DNA of 64,000 nucleotides from Octopus sinensis (lineage: Eukaryota): positions 53,630,001 through 53,694,000 of the forward strand of contig NC_043000.1 of assembly GCF_006345805.1 (NCBI RefSeq), given 5' to 3'. Position numbers and translations under genes: made by a program. Below, piece after piece: positions 12,268 to 24,564 of this stretch. The notes below the pieces were generated by a model that was not told the DNA's origin, did not search any database, and was given only the letters and a program-made list of their open reading frames with translations. The stretch's first letter is position 1, and every line of letters begins with the position of its first letter.

Positions 12268-13301
12268 CCTAATATTATTTTCTGCAAATTTTCTTTTCTT
12301 TATTCTTCCATCTTACTCTCCATAACCTTTACTCCCCCTTCTTTACTTTTCTTTATGTATTTTCATGTATACAGTTCGCCTGTTCCTCTTCACCCCCTCT
12401 TTTTACCTTTGGGTTTTACCTATTCATATTTCTATTCCTTTTATCCTTCTCTCACCCAGTCTAGTTAATTCCCTTAAAACTATTTTAAATTTCTAGAGTT
12501 TCTTTACTACCTGGCTTTCCATATATGTATATGCGTATATACCCGTTTTTGCTATCGTACGTACGTATATTTTCGGTGTGCACAATAATGTACATGTGCT
12601 TAGTAAGTGTGTATATGGGTTTGTTATAGTGTGCTTGCGTCTGTCGATGTTTTGGGATGTGTGTCCTTCTGTATGCGTGTGAACTCCCATAACCTAATAA
12701 TGATTCCTGCAAATTTTCTTTACTTTTTCTTGCATCTTATTTCCTATAATTTTTATCCCCTCTCCCGTTCTTTCCTTTCTTTTCATGCATTTTTTAAATA
12801 TTTGCAATTTGCCCGTTCTTCTCATCCCTTCTGTCTTTTATTGCTTTGTTTAATTCTTCGTTTCTTTCCCCCTTCCAATCTTTCTATATATCTTCTCCTT
12901 CTCTCACAATATCTAGTTCGTTTCGATAACTCATTTTAAATTCCTAACGTCCCCTGTTCGTATGTAAGTATTTTGTGAATGAACAATGACGTATATGTGT
13001 TTAAGTAAGAGTGTGTATGTGTTTACAGTTATGTGTTTGGGTCTTTCGATGTTTTGGGATGTGTATGCTCTTGTGTATGTATATGATCGTTTGTTTCTAT
13101 GTATAAGTATGTGATCGTAAACGTATACATTAGCATAAGTATGTTTTTATGATGCTACTGCGAGAATACGTACGAATATATATAGATATATATGTATATG
13201 TCTGTGAGTATATTTCTGCCTATGTATGTATTCGAATACATATGCATGTGTGTTTGTGTGTATGTATATATATGTTTATATATAAAAAATATATATGTGT
13301 A

Positions 13302-13343
<42 letters not shown>

Positions 13344-13450
13344 TATATATTATATATATATGTATGTATCTGTATATATATATTATATTATATATATATA
13401 TATATATCTATATATATATATATTATATATATATGTATGTATGTATCTGT

Positions 13451-13481
<31 letters not shown>

Positions 13482-13847
13482 TTGTGTATGTGTGTATGTA
13501 TATTAATTCCTGTGTTTGTATACGCTTGTGTTTTTATAGGTATATAATGTTTATATTTACATGTCAAATATTTGAGAGTGTGTACGCGTGTGTGCATATG
13601 AATATAAATACGTTACATTATATAGAACTTTCTATTTCTGCAAATATGTCTGTTTAATGAGTTTGTTATTTCTATCCTTGCTAATGAGATTGATGCGTTG
13701 CTGACCATAATGTATCCTGTCGGACATTTGGAGTGTAACCATCGAAATATATGTAGAAGAATTCAAGGAATTCAAGATATAAATGTTTTAAGAACATCCT
13801 GAGAGTTCGACTCCTTATTCAATTTTCCACTCGCTCTCTCTCACCTA

Positions 13848-13934
<87 letters not shown>

Positions 13935-14136
13935 GTATATATGTATATATATGTAAGGTTCTTCCCTCTCAGAACCTTACAGTAGTCTGGAACAACTGAA
14001 TCTTAGTCAGTCAGTTGATTGGCTCCACTACCTCAAATGTTCTTAAAATTTGAATCCACATCTTTGTCTATATATCTAACTTCTCTATAACGTTGCCACA
14101 TGATATGAAAATTTTTGTATTAACGGAAAACCTCTA

Positions 14137-14229
14137 TAATTGGCTGATGAGTGCTCAGCATTTTAAGACTGTTGTAATATTTACAACATTTAATAAAATG
14201 ATGTAGTACGAAACGATCGTACCAAATTA
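14137..14229 (+). ncRNA. Type I hammerhead ribozyme with canonical core
   Basis: Helix I TAATTGG / CCAA(A)TTA. Core CTGATGA at 14144-14150. Helix II GTGCT/AGTAC, extended by CATTTTA/TAAAATG and TGTTGTAA-tat-TTACAACA. GAAA at 14210-14213, palindromic helix III ACGATCGT and cleavage triplet GUA (cut after 14221). Confidence 0.8.
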
Positions 14230-14259
14230 CCGAAGTTATTCTTGTTGCTTATTTTGATT

Positions 14260-14341
<82 letters not shown>

Positions 14342-15315
14342 CGCGTGTGGTTATTGGTAGTCTGTTGAGTCTGAGAAAGATGGTTATGCAATTCCTTACT
14401 GAACACCTTGCATGGATGATTTGTTTAAAATGATCAAATGCTTGTGTGTCGTACATTTGGGCACTCCCTCTATCGAATCGATATTTTCGTGCATATGTAC
14501 ATTGTAACCCATATCCAGTGAGGAAGGAATCACAGAGCAGTATGAGAAATGTTTTGCCCAACAACATAACACAATTCCTGGTCCAGGAACTGAATCTATG
14601 ATCTCATGATGTGAGTGTAACACCCTAAACGGTAAGCCCACATGCACGTACTCTCTCTCACTCTCACACACAGACAGACACACACACACACATATTGGTG
14701 TGGCTATAACTGTGTAGAAAGCAGTTTGTTATTCAATTACATGATTTTGAGGCCTGTCCCACTGTCTAGCACTTTGGGCAAATATCTTTTACTATTGACC
14801 TGGGCTGACCAAAACCTTGTGAATGGATTTAGTAGATGAAAACGCAAAGACGCCCATGCAATGTACATTACGGTGGCACTAAAAAGGGACTTTTTACACG
14901 AACGTTTTGAATATGTTTTTAAGAATTTATTTTGTACTGTGAAATTGTTTAGAAGGGACTGTGAAGTTATTAAATTTACATATTCAGGCTCCGAAGCCCG
15001 CTTGAAATTTTGAATAATGAGCGAAGAATCAATTTGTAACTCGTTTGCCGTTCCTCATTTTACTTTCTTAAATTCATTGTTACGAATCACTTTCCTTTCT
15101 TGAAATCCTTTAAGACAACAGTTAAAATCTCAAGCTCTGAAATTTATATCTTTAGGCTCTGCAACACACTTGAATTTTCGAAATCATGTGAAATAAATAG
15201 ACTTTTCGAATTAGTTTTCTTTATTATTTTTAATACTAGGTCGCCGAATATATGTGTTACATGAAATCTAGATTACACACACACATTAAAATAAATTAAA
15301 CAAATTGTCAAGATT

Positions 15316-15782
15316 GTAGTAGAAAAGATAATTCTTCTTTGGTAAAAGGCATCCATCGTTTGTCTTACGTTTCAGTCAGTTAAACCGAAAACCTTAAACT
15401 TTCCTTTGCTGACGTAGAGGGGCGACTGTGATATGACCAATTCTTTTCAATCAACCTCTGAACGTTGTGTTTAGATACTGCTTGATTTATTCCGCCAATG
15501 ATCATTTTTCAATTTGCCCGCTGATCCTGTAAGATATCTTTTGTCTCTACTACAACTATAGTTTTTAAAGGGGTTGCACTTGGAAGAAGAAATGTCAAAT
15601 AAATCTTTTGCAGCATTATTTTTAAACACATTACACTTTCTTTGAAACGATGGCACATTTTCTCTAACTTTCACAGATTTTAGTACCTTAGATAAAAGTT
15701 TAGGAATTCCATTTAACTGACTCAATCGTAGCACAAGGGATGGATGCCTTTTGTCAAAGAACAATTATCGTTTCTAACCACA
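15316..15782. mobile_element. Old MITE/foldback-like element with ~90-bp imperfect inverted arms
   Basis: 15316-15405 (..GATAATTCTTCTTTGGTAAAAGGCATCCATCGTTTGTCTTACGTTTCAGTCAGTTAAA..) is an imperfect reverse complement of ~15690-15782. Confidence 0.6.
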
Positions 15783-17442
15783 CTCCTTTCTTTTTCACGT
15801 TCAAATGAAGCACATTTTAGTACGTCCTTGTAAGTTGGCAAAACGCACTCGCTAAGATTACATGGAATACCAAATACTGGGCGTTCAGTATTATGAGTCA
15901 TCGCTAAGCGTAAACAACACTAAATTTAACACGATCATTAATTTTAATACAATGGCCTAAAGTCAAGGTACAAACCAGAAAACATCACACACGTACGAGG
16001 TACGTGACATGTAACGACCATTGCAAAAGTGCTGAAGTGAAATTCATACCCACCTTTCTCATTATAGTCAATGCGGAACTTTAAGATATTCGCCTATTGT
16101 ATTGAAACACGGTATGCAACTTCCTAAGGATACTATTTTGCTATGGTGCATTCTGCTATGTAGAAATATGTATTCGTTACGCCTTATAATCCATGAAATC
16201 TAAAATTCGAACAAAAATAGCGCTTTTAAAATTTTCAGTTGCGTTGCAGAGCCTCAAAACAACATTTAACCGCAAAGTTCTTTATACACCTCACTTTTAA
16301 CTTTAATTTACAAGAAAATAACGATTCTTGGTTACTAATTTCGAAGTTGCACTTTTCAGTCTACCCTAATGCACATATACATGTATTATGTGTGTGTGTG
16401 TGTTTTACTGTTTCCTTTCTTTGACATAATGCAAGCAATGTCCTTCATGAGTGATGATAGGGAAATATGCCTTACTTCAAGATAGCTGATGGTTGGTGAC
16501 TGTAAAGGCATCCAGTCATAGAAAATTCTTTGTGACCCATGCAAATATAGGAGAGAGGATGTTAAATCGTTGGTGAAGTCATACCAGATTGTGCAGACTA
16601 CTAAAGAATGGCATTTTAACCAAAACCGTACTGTACCTTTGTATTCTTTGAGGTGTAGTATCTTGCACTATTTTATTTCTGTATGGTAGTGTATGGTATG
16701 AAGAAGATGTGGCTGCACCTCTTTCTGTTGCTTATAATATATTATGGTACATAAAATAATAAAGAAAATATTCTTGATTTATTAAAATTTACTCTGATTC
16801 CAGAGAGACTACCCCAATCAGTTGGTGGCAGTTTGTTCCAACTCCAAGTAAGAAAGGGAGGTAATCATAAGAATCAAGATTTTTTTCAAAACCGACTAAA
16901 CATTAAAGAAAAGGAGAATATGATAGGTGCTGAGAAGTGTTTAGCAATTATCCTCCCTTCTTTTCAGCAGATCTGAAATTTTTAAAAAATGGTGTTAGCT
17001 TATTTTTGCCTCACTTATGTCAATAATCTAGGCTACAGTTATGTTATATCAGTTTTGTATATCTCTAATTATCTTGTCTTATGTAATATAATTGCTGTAC
17101 TAATAATACCTATGGAGACTGTCGTGTCTCAATAGTCATCTTCTTGTCTTCAGAAAATCATATTATTTTCCTTTAATGGAATGTCAATTTTGGAGAATAC
17201 TTGACTTTTCAAATTGTCTTCCATTCATATTTAGGAAAGGTATCCACTGATACTAATTGGGCTACATTTTTATGGAAGTAGAGAAAATTTCAATATGCCA
17301 AGAATTCATTTTGTATATATATATTTTATTTCTTATTTATTTTAGTTGTTCAAATACATGCAACTGGCCACTCTGAGTTATTTTGTTTAAATTTATTTTG
17401 TTTCAATTACATCTATTTGTCTGTCTATGTCTATATATATAA

Positions 17443-17900
17443 GCGCACGTATGGCTGTAAGGTAAGAAGTTTGCTTCCTAAACACATGATTTCTTACTCA
17501 GTCCCACTATAAAGCACCTTCTACTATAGCCTCGAGTTGACCACATCCTTTTGAGTGGATAAGATACATCGAAACTCAAAGATGCTTGTTGTATATATAT
17601 ATATATATGTATATGTGTGTGTATGTGTCTGCATGCATGTGCTTGTGTGCATGCTTAAGAGGACATATATACATATCTATGTATGTGCCTATGCCTGTTT
17701 TTGTCCCCCACTATCATATGATAACTAGTGTTGGGGCCTATACGTTTTTGTAACTTAATGGTTTGGCAAAATTGTCTGAGAGAATAATTACTAGGCTTTC
17801 AAAAATAAGTACTGGGGTTGATGTGTTCAACTAACATTCCTGGAGGCAGAACTCCAGTATGTCCACAGTCTAAATGAATAAAACAAGTAAGAGATAGAAG
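17443..17900 (+). mobile_element. Decayed copy of the dominant tRNA-derived SINE (family B)
   Basis: Head, internal (TA)/(TG) tract, and tail ...CCAGTATGTCCACAG...AAACAAGTAAGAG are colinear with 20749-21150. Confidence 0.65.
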
Positions 17901-20244
17901 ACAAAAAATAAAGTATGTATGTATATAGTTATGCTTGTATATATAAGTCTTTAGACTTACTGTGAAGTTAGTTCAAAGTATTAAAGCACAAATACTTTTA
18001 TCTTCTTATTGGCAGCTTTTTGTCACTTTTACAACTTATCAGGATTCACTTGTCTTTCACTTACAAGTTGCAAAAGCTACTTATTAACAGATAAACAAAA
18101 ATGTGAATAGTTCAACATATTCCCATGACGATACAAGATTAATTAGTTTCCAAGATAAATTGCAATAGTTTTGGCTATTGATAAAAATAGAAATGTAGAT
18201 AGCTCCATATTTATGCAGCCATTCCTCCAGACATTAAAACCACTGGTTTATTTCATTTAGCAGCTTGGATTAATAATCAGACATATTAGTTTCACCCATT
18301 TTAGGATTGATCAGAACTTATTTTCCTCTTACGTTCCTGATGACTGTTGACAATAGTGGAAGAGTTCTTATTAATGTGAGCAGAATGGTAAAAGTGGAGT
18401 CTTACTAAAGGCAATGCTAGGCAGACAGGAATAATGGATTTTAAAATCACTGCTTTTTAGCAAAATGCTTTACTGCTTTTCTGTTTGGTATGATTACAAT
18501 ACCTTTAGAAAATGCTAGTAGAACAACCAATACTAAAGTGTGATATAAAGAGAATATTTATTTTCAGTCATTTAAACTGAGGTAAGTAGTATTTAGCTAC
18601 GAGGCACAAGCAAGTCTGTACAGAAATAAGTATCCTTCTCAACCATATGGTTTTGGTCTCAGTCCCAGTACAAGACGCCTTGGCCAAAGGTCATTTATAT
18701 TAGCCTCAGTCCAACAAAAACTTTAAGTGGATTTCGTAGATGGAAACTGAAAGAAGAAAAATTTGTATGCATATGTATAAATATATGTATATGCATGTAT
18801 GTGTGTGTGCACATGTATGTGTAATAATGATGATGATGATGATGATAATGATGATGATGATATAAACATAAAACTTTAAATAAGATAAATTAAAGAAGAG
18901 TTTAGTCATGAACATTTTGCTATAATTTATTTTGAAGGTTCATAAAACATTTATTGACACAGTTAATATTACTGAAAATATATAAAATGTGATTCTGTGG
19001 CTAAAGAGTTCTTTGACTCTTATATACATCTTCAATCACCCATGAGAACATTTATGGTCATGGAGAAATATTTCCCCTACATGGAACCAGGTGGGGATTG
19101 GCAACAGGAAGAGAATCTGACTATAAAAAATCTGCACCAAGCAAACTCCATCAGACCCATGCAAGAATGGAAAATTGGATGTTAAACCATTGATGAAGTC
19201 ATCAATGTGCAGACTCTGAAAAGAAAGTATTTTGACCAAAACTCAAAACCATACTGTATCTATTTATTTTTTGAGACATAGTATCCTGCACTATATTATT
19301 AAATACTCCTATATTATTATTAAATTGTATAGTGTGATATGGAAAAGGTTTAGCTGCTATTTTGTTTCTAGCAGATTAGATGACTAAATATAGAATCTAT
19401 AATTGGCATTCTTACTGAAGCTAAAACATTTGTGCTTTGCTCAGGGGCAAAAAAGCACTGGTTTCAATAAGTTTTTAATGGATGTAAACTAGTGAAACAG
19501 GAACTTGTTTAGTCGTTGTGCAACTAAAAACTATTTAGCTTTCAAAAATAGATATATTTAAAGTCGGAAAGAATAAAGGTTTTAAATCTGAGTTTGGCAA
19601 ATAACTGCAAAATTCTTCATTGAGTGCTTAAATTTTATGATTTCAACAAATCTTATTCAGCAATATATTACTAGAATATTTTAATATTTTATTTTTAGTG
19701 ACTACAAATTTGCCAGAGCATTTAAGAATGTATAATTTTACGAGATTGCAAGACAGATTCTAATTTCTGGGTTCACTGATTCACAAGGCAGCATGGCAGC
19801 TAACAGAATCTGTTGAGAAAAACTATGATTTGTTTATATCCCATGACATTGCAAATAAATTATTTTGGAACACATATTATATAACCTGTCGTCTCTCTTC
19901 AGAATGATTTCCCTTAAATTGCTTAGTATTTTCAGTTATATTAACTGTGTCAATAAAAGTTTTATGAACCTTCAAAATAAATTTTATCAAAATGTTCATG
20001 ACTACACTCTTCCTTGATTTATCTTATTTATAGTTTTATTGTTAAAATAATATATAATGAAATATGAAGAGAAAAAAAGTTCAGTTATAATATAATGTGT
20101 AAAATAACTAACCTTAGAAAGAACAGCAAAAGTTCTTAACATATTTTTAGTTCAATTTCAATTATTTCAAATTTAACACTAGTAATTGTAATTTCAAACC
20201 GTACTCTAATTTTTAGTTATGAACCTTAAATCTAATACCTCTGC

Positions 20245-20536
20245 GATGGCACGTAACAAACACCATCCGAGCATGGCCGTCCGCCAGCCTCGTCTGGCAC
20301 CTGTGTCGGTGGCACATAAAAAACACCATCCGAGCATGGCCGTCTGCCAGCCTCGTCTGGCACCTGTGTCGGTGGCACATAAAATCACCCACTACACTCT
20401 CGGAGTGGTTGGCGTTAGGAAGGGCATCCAGCTGTAGAAACACTGCCATATCTGACTGGCCTGGTGCAGCCTTCGGGCTCCCCAGACCCCAGTTGAACCG
20501 TCCAACCCATGCTAGCATGGAAAGCGGACGTTAAAC

Positions 20537-20570
<34 letters not shown>

Positions 20571-20571
20571 T
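20245..20571 (+). mobile_element. (GAT)n-tailed SINE/LINE-end-like repeat with an internal 63-bp tandem duplication
   Basis: GGTTGGCGTTAGGAAGGGCATCCAGCTGTAGAAAC...CATGCTAGCATGGAAAGCGGACGTTAAAC followed by (GAT)n. Decayed relatives lie at ~16485-16575 and ~19095-19200. The duplicated unit starts at 20258 and 20321. Confidence 0.65.
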
Positions 20572-20748
20572 TGTCTTAAATAGTCATTCTTCCTAAATTA
20601 AATATATTTTTCTATACTTAGAATATATATATATTGAATATATTTATATATTTATAGATATATATTAAATATATATATATATATTAATATATATTAGATA
20701 TATTTATATATTTATATACAAATATTGAATATATTTTTTCTATACTTA

Positions 20749-21150
20749 GGCGTAGGAGTGGCTGTGTGGTATGCAGCTTGCTTGCAACCACATGGATCTG
20801 GGTTCAGTCCCACTGCGTGGCACCTTGGGCAAGTGTCTTCTACTATAGCTTCGGGCTGACCAAAGCCTTGTGAGTGGATTTGGTAGACAGAAACTGAAAG
20901 AACTCCGTCATATATATGTATGTATATGTGTATATGTGTCTGTGTTTGTCCCCACCAACATTGCTTGACAACTGATGCTGGTGTGTTTACGTCCCCGTAA
21001 CTTAGCGGTTCAGCAAAAGACACTGATAGAATAAGTACTAGGCTTACAAAGAATAAGTCCTGGGGTTGATTTGCTTTACTTAAGGTGGTGCTCCAGCATG
21101 GCCACAGTCACACGACTGAACAAGTAAAAGAGTAAAAGAGTAAAAAGAGA
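20749..21150 (+). mobile_element. tRNA-derived SINE family B, full length
   Basis: Head GGCGTAGGAGTGGCTGTGTGGT...GGGTTCAGTCCCACTGCGTGGCACCTTGGGCAAGTG, an internal (TA/TG) microsatellite, and tail GGTGGTGCTCCAGCATGGCCACAGTC...GAACAAG(TAAAAGAG)n. Confidence 0.85.
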
Positions 21151-21806
21151 TTAAATCAAATGCATTAATAAAAAGAAAATAATCCCCATAAGCAACATGT
21201 GGTAAGGAAGCTATTCCTTATTTCAAATAGAAGAGAGGTAATCTCACCCAGCAAATAGTAATAATATATGGATCAATTGCTGCTGGTAGGTTAATAGCCT
21301 CTATTGTGAATGAAAATTGGCAGATGCAAACTCTATATAGAAACACATCATGTATACACACACACACACACACACATACATACATACACATGTATACATA
21401 TGTTTATATATATTATTAGTTAATAAATCATATGGTATAGACCTGATAGTTTACCAGTAAAGTATGTTCATTTTCTCAATGCTTGTTGGCTATTTGCTTA
21501 ATGAGATGGAAGATAGAAAATATGAGAATGTTTATTGATCACTACAATTGTTTCAACCCTTCCAGCATCGATTCCTCATGGTGGGATACTGAACATACAC
21601 ATACACAAGTATATAAGAAATTAAAATGATAAAGGAATGAAATTATGTCAAGAACTTTATTAGCTTACTGCAGTTTCTGCTGTAATATTCATTGTGCTCA
21701 TACTTGAATGCTTGTGTAACCCATTCTGAACTTCAAAAATGAAGTCTGAGCATGCTTCAGCATGCTTGCAGCGAAAAAGCAATGGGTCATACACAATGTT
21801 CTGTGT

Positions 21807-21986
21807 GGCATAGGAGTGGCATAGGAGTGGCGTAGGTGTAGCTTGCTTACCAACCACATGGTTCTGGGTTCAGTCCCACTGCATAGCAACTTGGGCAAGT
21901 GTCTTCTACTATAGCCTCGGGATGACCAAAGCCTTGTGAGTGGATTTGATTGACGGAAACTGAAAGAAGCCCATCGTATATATATG

Positions 21987-22017
<31 letters not shown>

Positions 22018-22240
22018 ATATGTTTGTGTGTCTGTGTTTGTCCCCCCACCATCGCTTGACAACCGATGCTGGTGTGTTTACGTCACTGTAACTTAGCGGT
22101 TCGGCTAAAGAGATCGATAGAATAAGTACAAGGTTTACAAAGAATAAGTCCTGGGGTCGATTTGCTCGACTAAAAGCAGTGCTCCAGCATGGATGAGGTC
22201 ACATGACTCAAACAAGTAAAAGCATAAAAAGCATAAAAGC
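21807..22240 (+). mobile_element. tRNA-derived SINE family B with a triplicated 5' 11-mer
   Basis: Colinear with 20749-21150. It begins GGCATAGGAGT GGCATAGGAGT GGCGTAGG. Confidence 0.85.
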
Positions 22241-22289
22241 AAGGGTGCTTTAAAAGTGGAAGAATGTCCCTGGAAGACCTGCAACAAGT

Positions 22290-22767
22290 TTCAACTCCAG
22301 AAATGTGGTATTGTGCATCGAGAATTCATCCCCAGGGCCAGACCATCAATCAATGGTTCTAGTGCAACGTTTTGAAGTGTTTGAAGATATTCGGCAAAAG
22401 CAACCAGATCTGTGGAGTGCAAACAATTGGATTCTTCATGATGACAATGCACCCTCTCACCGAGCTCTCCTCACATGTGAGTTTCTCACCAAAAACAACA
22501 TGGTATCACTTCTACACCCATTCTATTCTCCAGATTTAGCACCTGCAGACTTCCATCTCTTCCCCAAGACGAAAAAACAGCTCAAAGGTCATCGTTTTAA
22601 CACCATTGTTGAATTTCAAAAGGTTTTTGACTTGCCTAGAGAAAATGATTTCCAGGCCAGATTCCAAAATTGGCAGGGACACCGGGACTGGTGTATCGCT
22701 GCACAAGGGGATTATTTACCACTTAGGTAACTAAGTTATTTTTTTTATTAAACATAACTACCTCATA
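22290..22767 (+). mobile_element. Mariner transposase C-terminal remnant
   Basis: ORF 22305-22730 has WILHDDNAPSH, HPFYSPDLAPADFHLFPK and LKGHRF. It belongs to the same family as 45101-45500. Confidence 0.85.
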
Positions 22768-22943
22768 TACACAGAAAAGTATTATCAATGCAAAAAGTAA
22801 AAGCATATTTCATCTTATTTCACTTCTGGGAGAGGAGTCTTCGACTCAAATTCTGAATTCATTTTGGAAATATGATACGTATGATTATCATTTTTATATT
22901 GGTAATGCTTATTATGTGGGTTAACATAAATATATATGTGTGT

Positions 22944-22985
<42 letters not shown>

Positions 22986-23102
22986 CATGTATATATATTT
23001 GTATATATATCCATATTGATGGATTTTTCCCTTATGAGGTTTTTCACGCTACTTGATAAATTCTTATAAAGATTTTATCCTATTTTTCAATTATATATAT
23101 AT

Positions 23103-23147
<45 letters not shown>

Positions 23148-24512
23148 AAAGGAAAGAGAGATAGAAAGATAGATAAAATATACACATGCATATATATATG
23201 TATGCATGTATGTATATACGCATACACTACGCATATATGTGAATATTGTGCAGATAAACAAATTAAATATGTTAGATATGGCAGCTTAGGTATGAAATAC
23301 AATATATATTTGTATAAATGCAAATGGAGATAAAGCAAAGAGTGGAGAATTTCAGATGATGAATATTTGAGTGTAAACATATAGATATTTATATTAATAG
23401 ATTCAACTTATAACAGAGTATAAACAACAGACAAAATTAAAGGAGAGGAAACAATGTGTTATAAATTGAATAGCTGTTTCTGGGGGCTCGGAGATCCATC
23501 ATAATGTTGGTAGATGTAGCTCATCACAATATGCAGGCCATAATAGGAACAATCAACATTAGTAAAGTAGAGCCTCCATCATCAGTGTAGAAAGGGTCTT
23601 ACATTTCAGACCATAGTGTAGAGGAATTCAAAGGTGGAATGATTAAATGTAGAGAGCAAGCAGCATTATAGGTAAAAAATAGGAAGGTCAGTGGAGTTAC
23701 AGGGAGTATTAAGGACGGAAATGGTAAGAGGATATAAGAGAACTTGTTCAGGAAGACGGAGGGGTGTTAATAGTGAGGGAATTAAGGGAGGTGATAGTAG
23801 TGGTGGAGTGTTGGGAGATGAGTGGGAGAAGTAGGATAGATAGTAATTGAGGGGTAGTCAGTTGTTGTTGGGTTTGTGTACAGGTGTCAAAGTCTAGGTA
23901 TAATAGCCATAGAATTATTAGAAGTTGAGATAGTGAGAAAAGGGATAGCAGTTATTTAAGAGAGGGAAAGTGTCTAATTTGGTGGTGGAGGAGGATTACT
24001 AAGGTATATGGAAAGGTATGAGAGAAAATACCATTAATATATTTAATATATTTCATTTATTTATCTGCATAATTACCTCCATATTTGCTCATCTTGATAT
24101 TTCTTACAGCCGTTCTTTACCCAGTGAAATTGATCCCTTGTAAAGACATTGGAGTATAAGTTTCAACCATTTGAATGCTACTAAGTGTCTGCCATACTGA
24201 GAATCTCTGGATCTCATCTGTTGACTATATAGATATCTATGCATATGTATGTAATATATGTGTATATATATATATATATATATAGGGAGAATTCACAAAA
24301 ACAAAACAAAACAAAAGACGAAGACAAGTGGTGTAGACAACAAACAGATGTATTAGTATAACACTCGGGAAATGAAAAAAGTCTTTAACGGTTCGAGCCT
24401 ATGCTCTTCCACAGAAAGGAACACAGAAAGAAGCAAAGAGAGAAAATAATACATGTCTTTATATGTATATATGTGTGTGTATATATATATATATACATAT
24501 ATGTATATATAT

Positions 24513-24564
<52 letters not shown>

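Noticed and set aside
20258-20383. CRISPR-like or other prokaryotic repeat arrays
   Set aside because: There are only two adjacent units with no spacers, in a eukaryotic repeat context with no cas-like ORFs.
23400-24010. Purine-rich block, possibly a decayed CR1/L2-type LINE on the minus strand (similar block at 30600-31320)
   Set aside because: Only vague similarity and no motif I can read with confidence; it needs a profile search.
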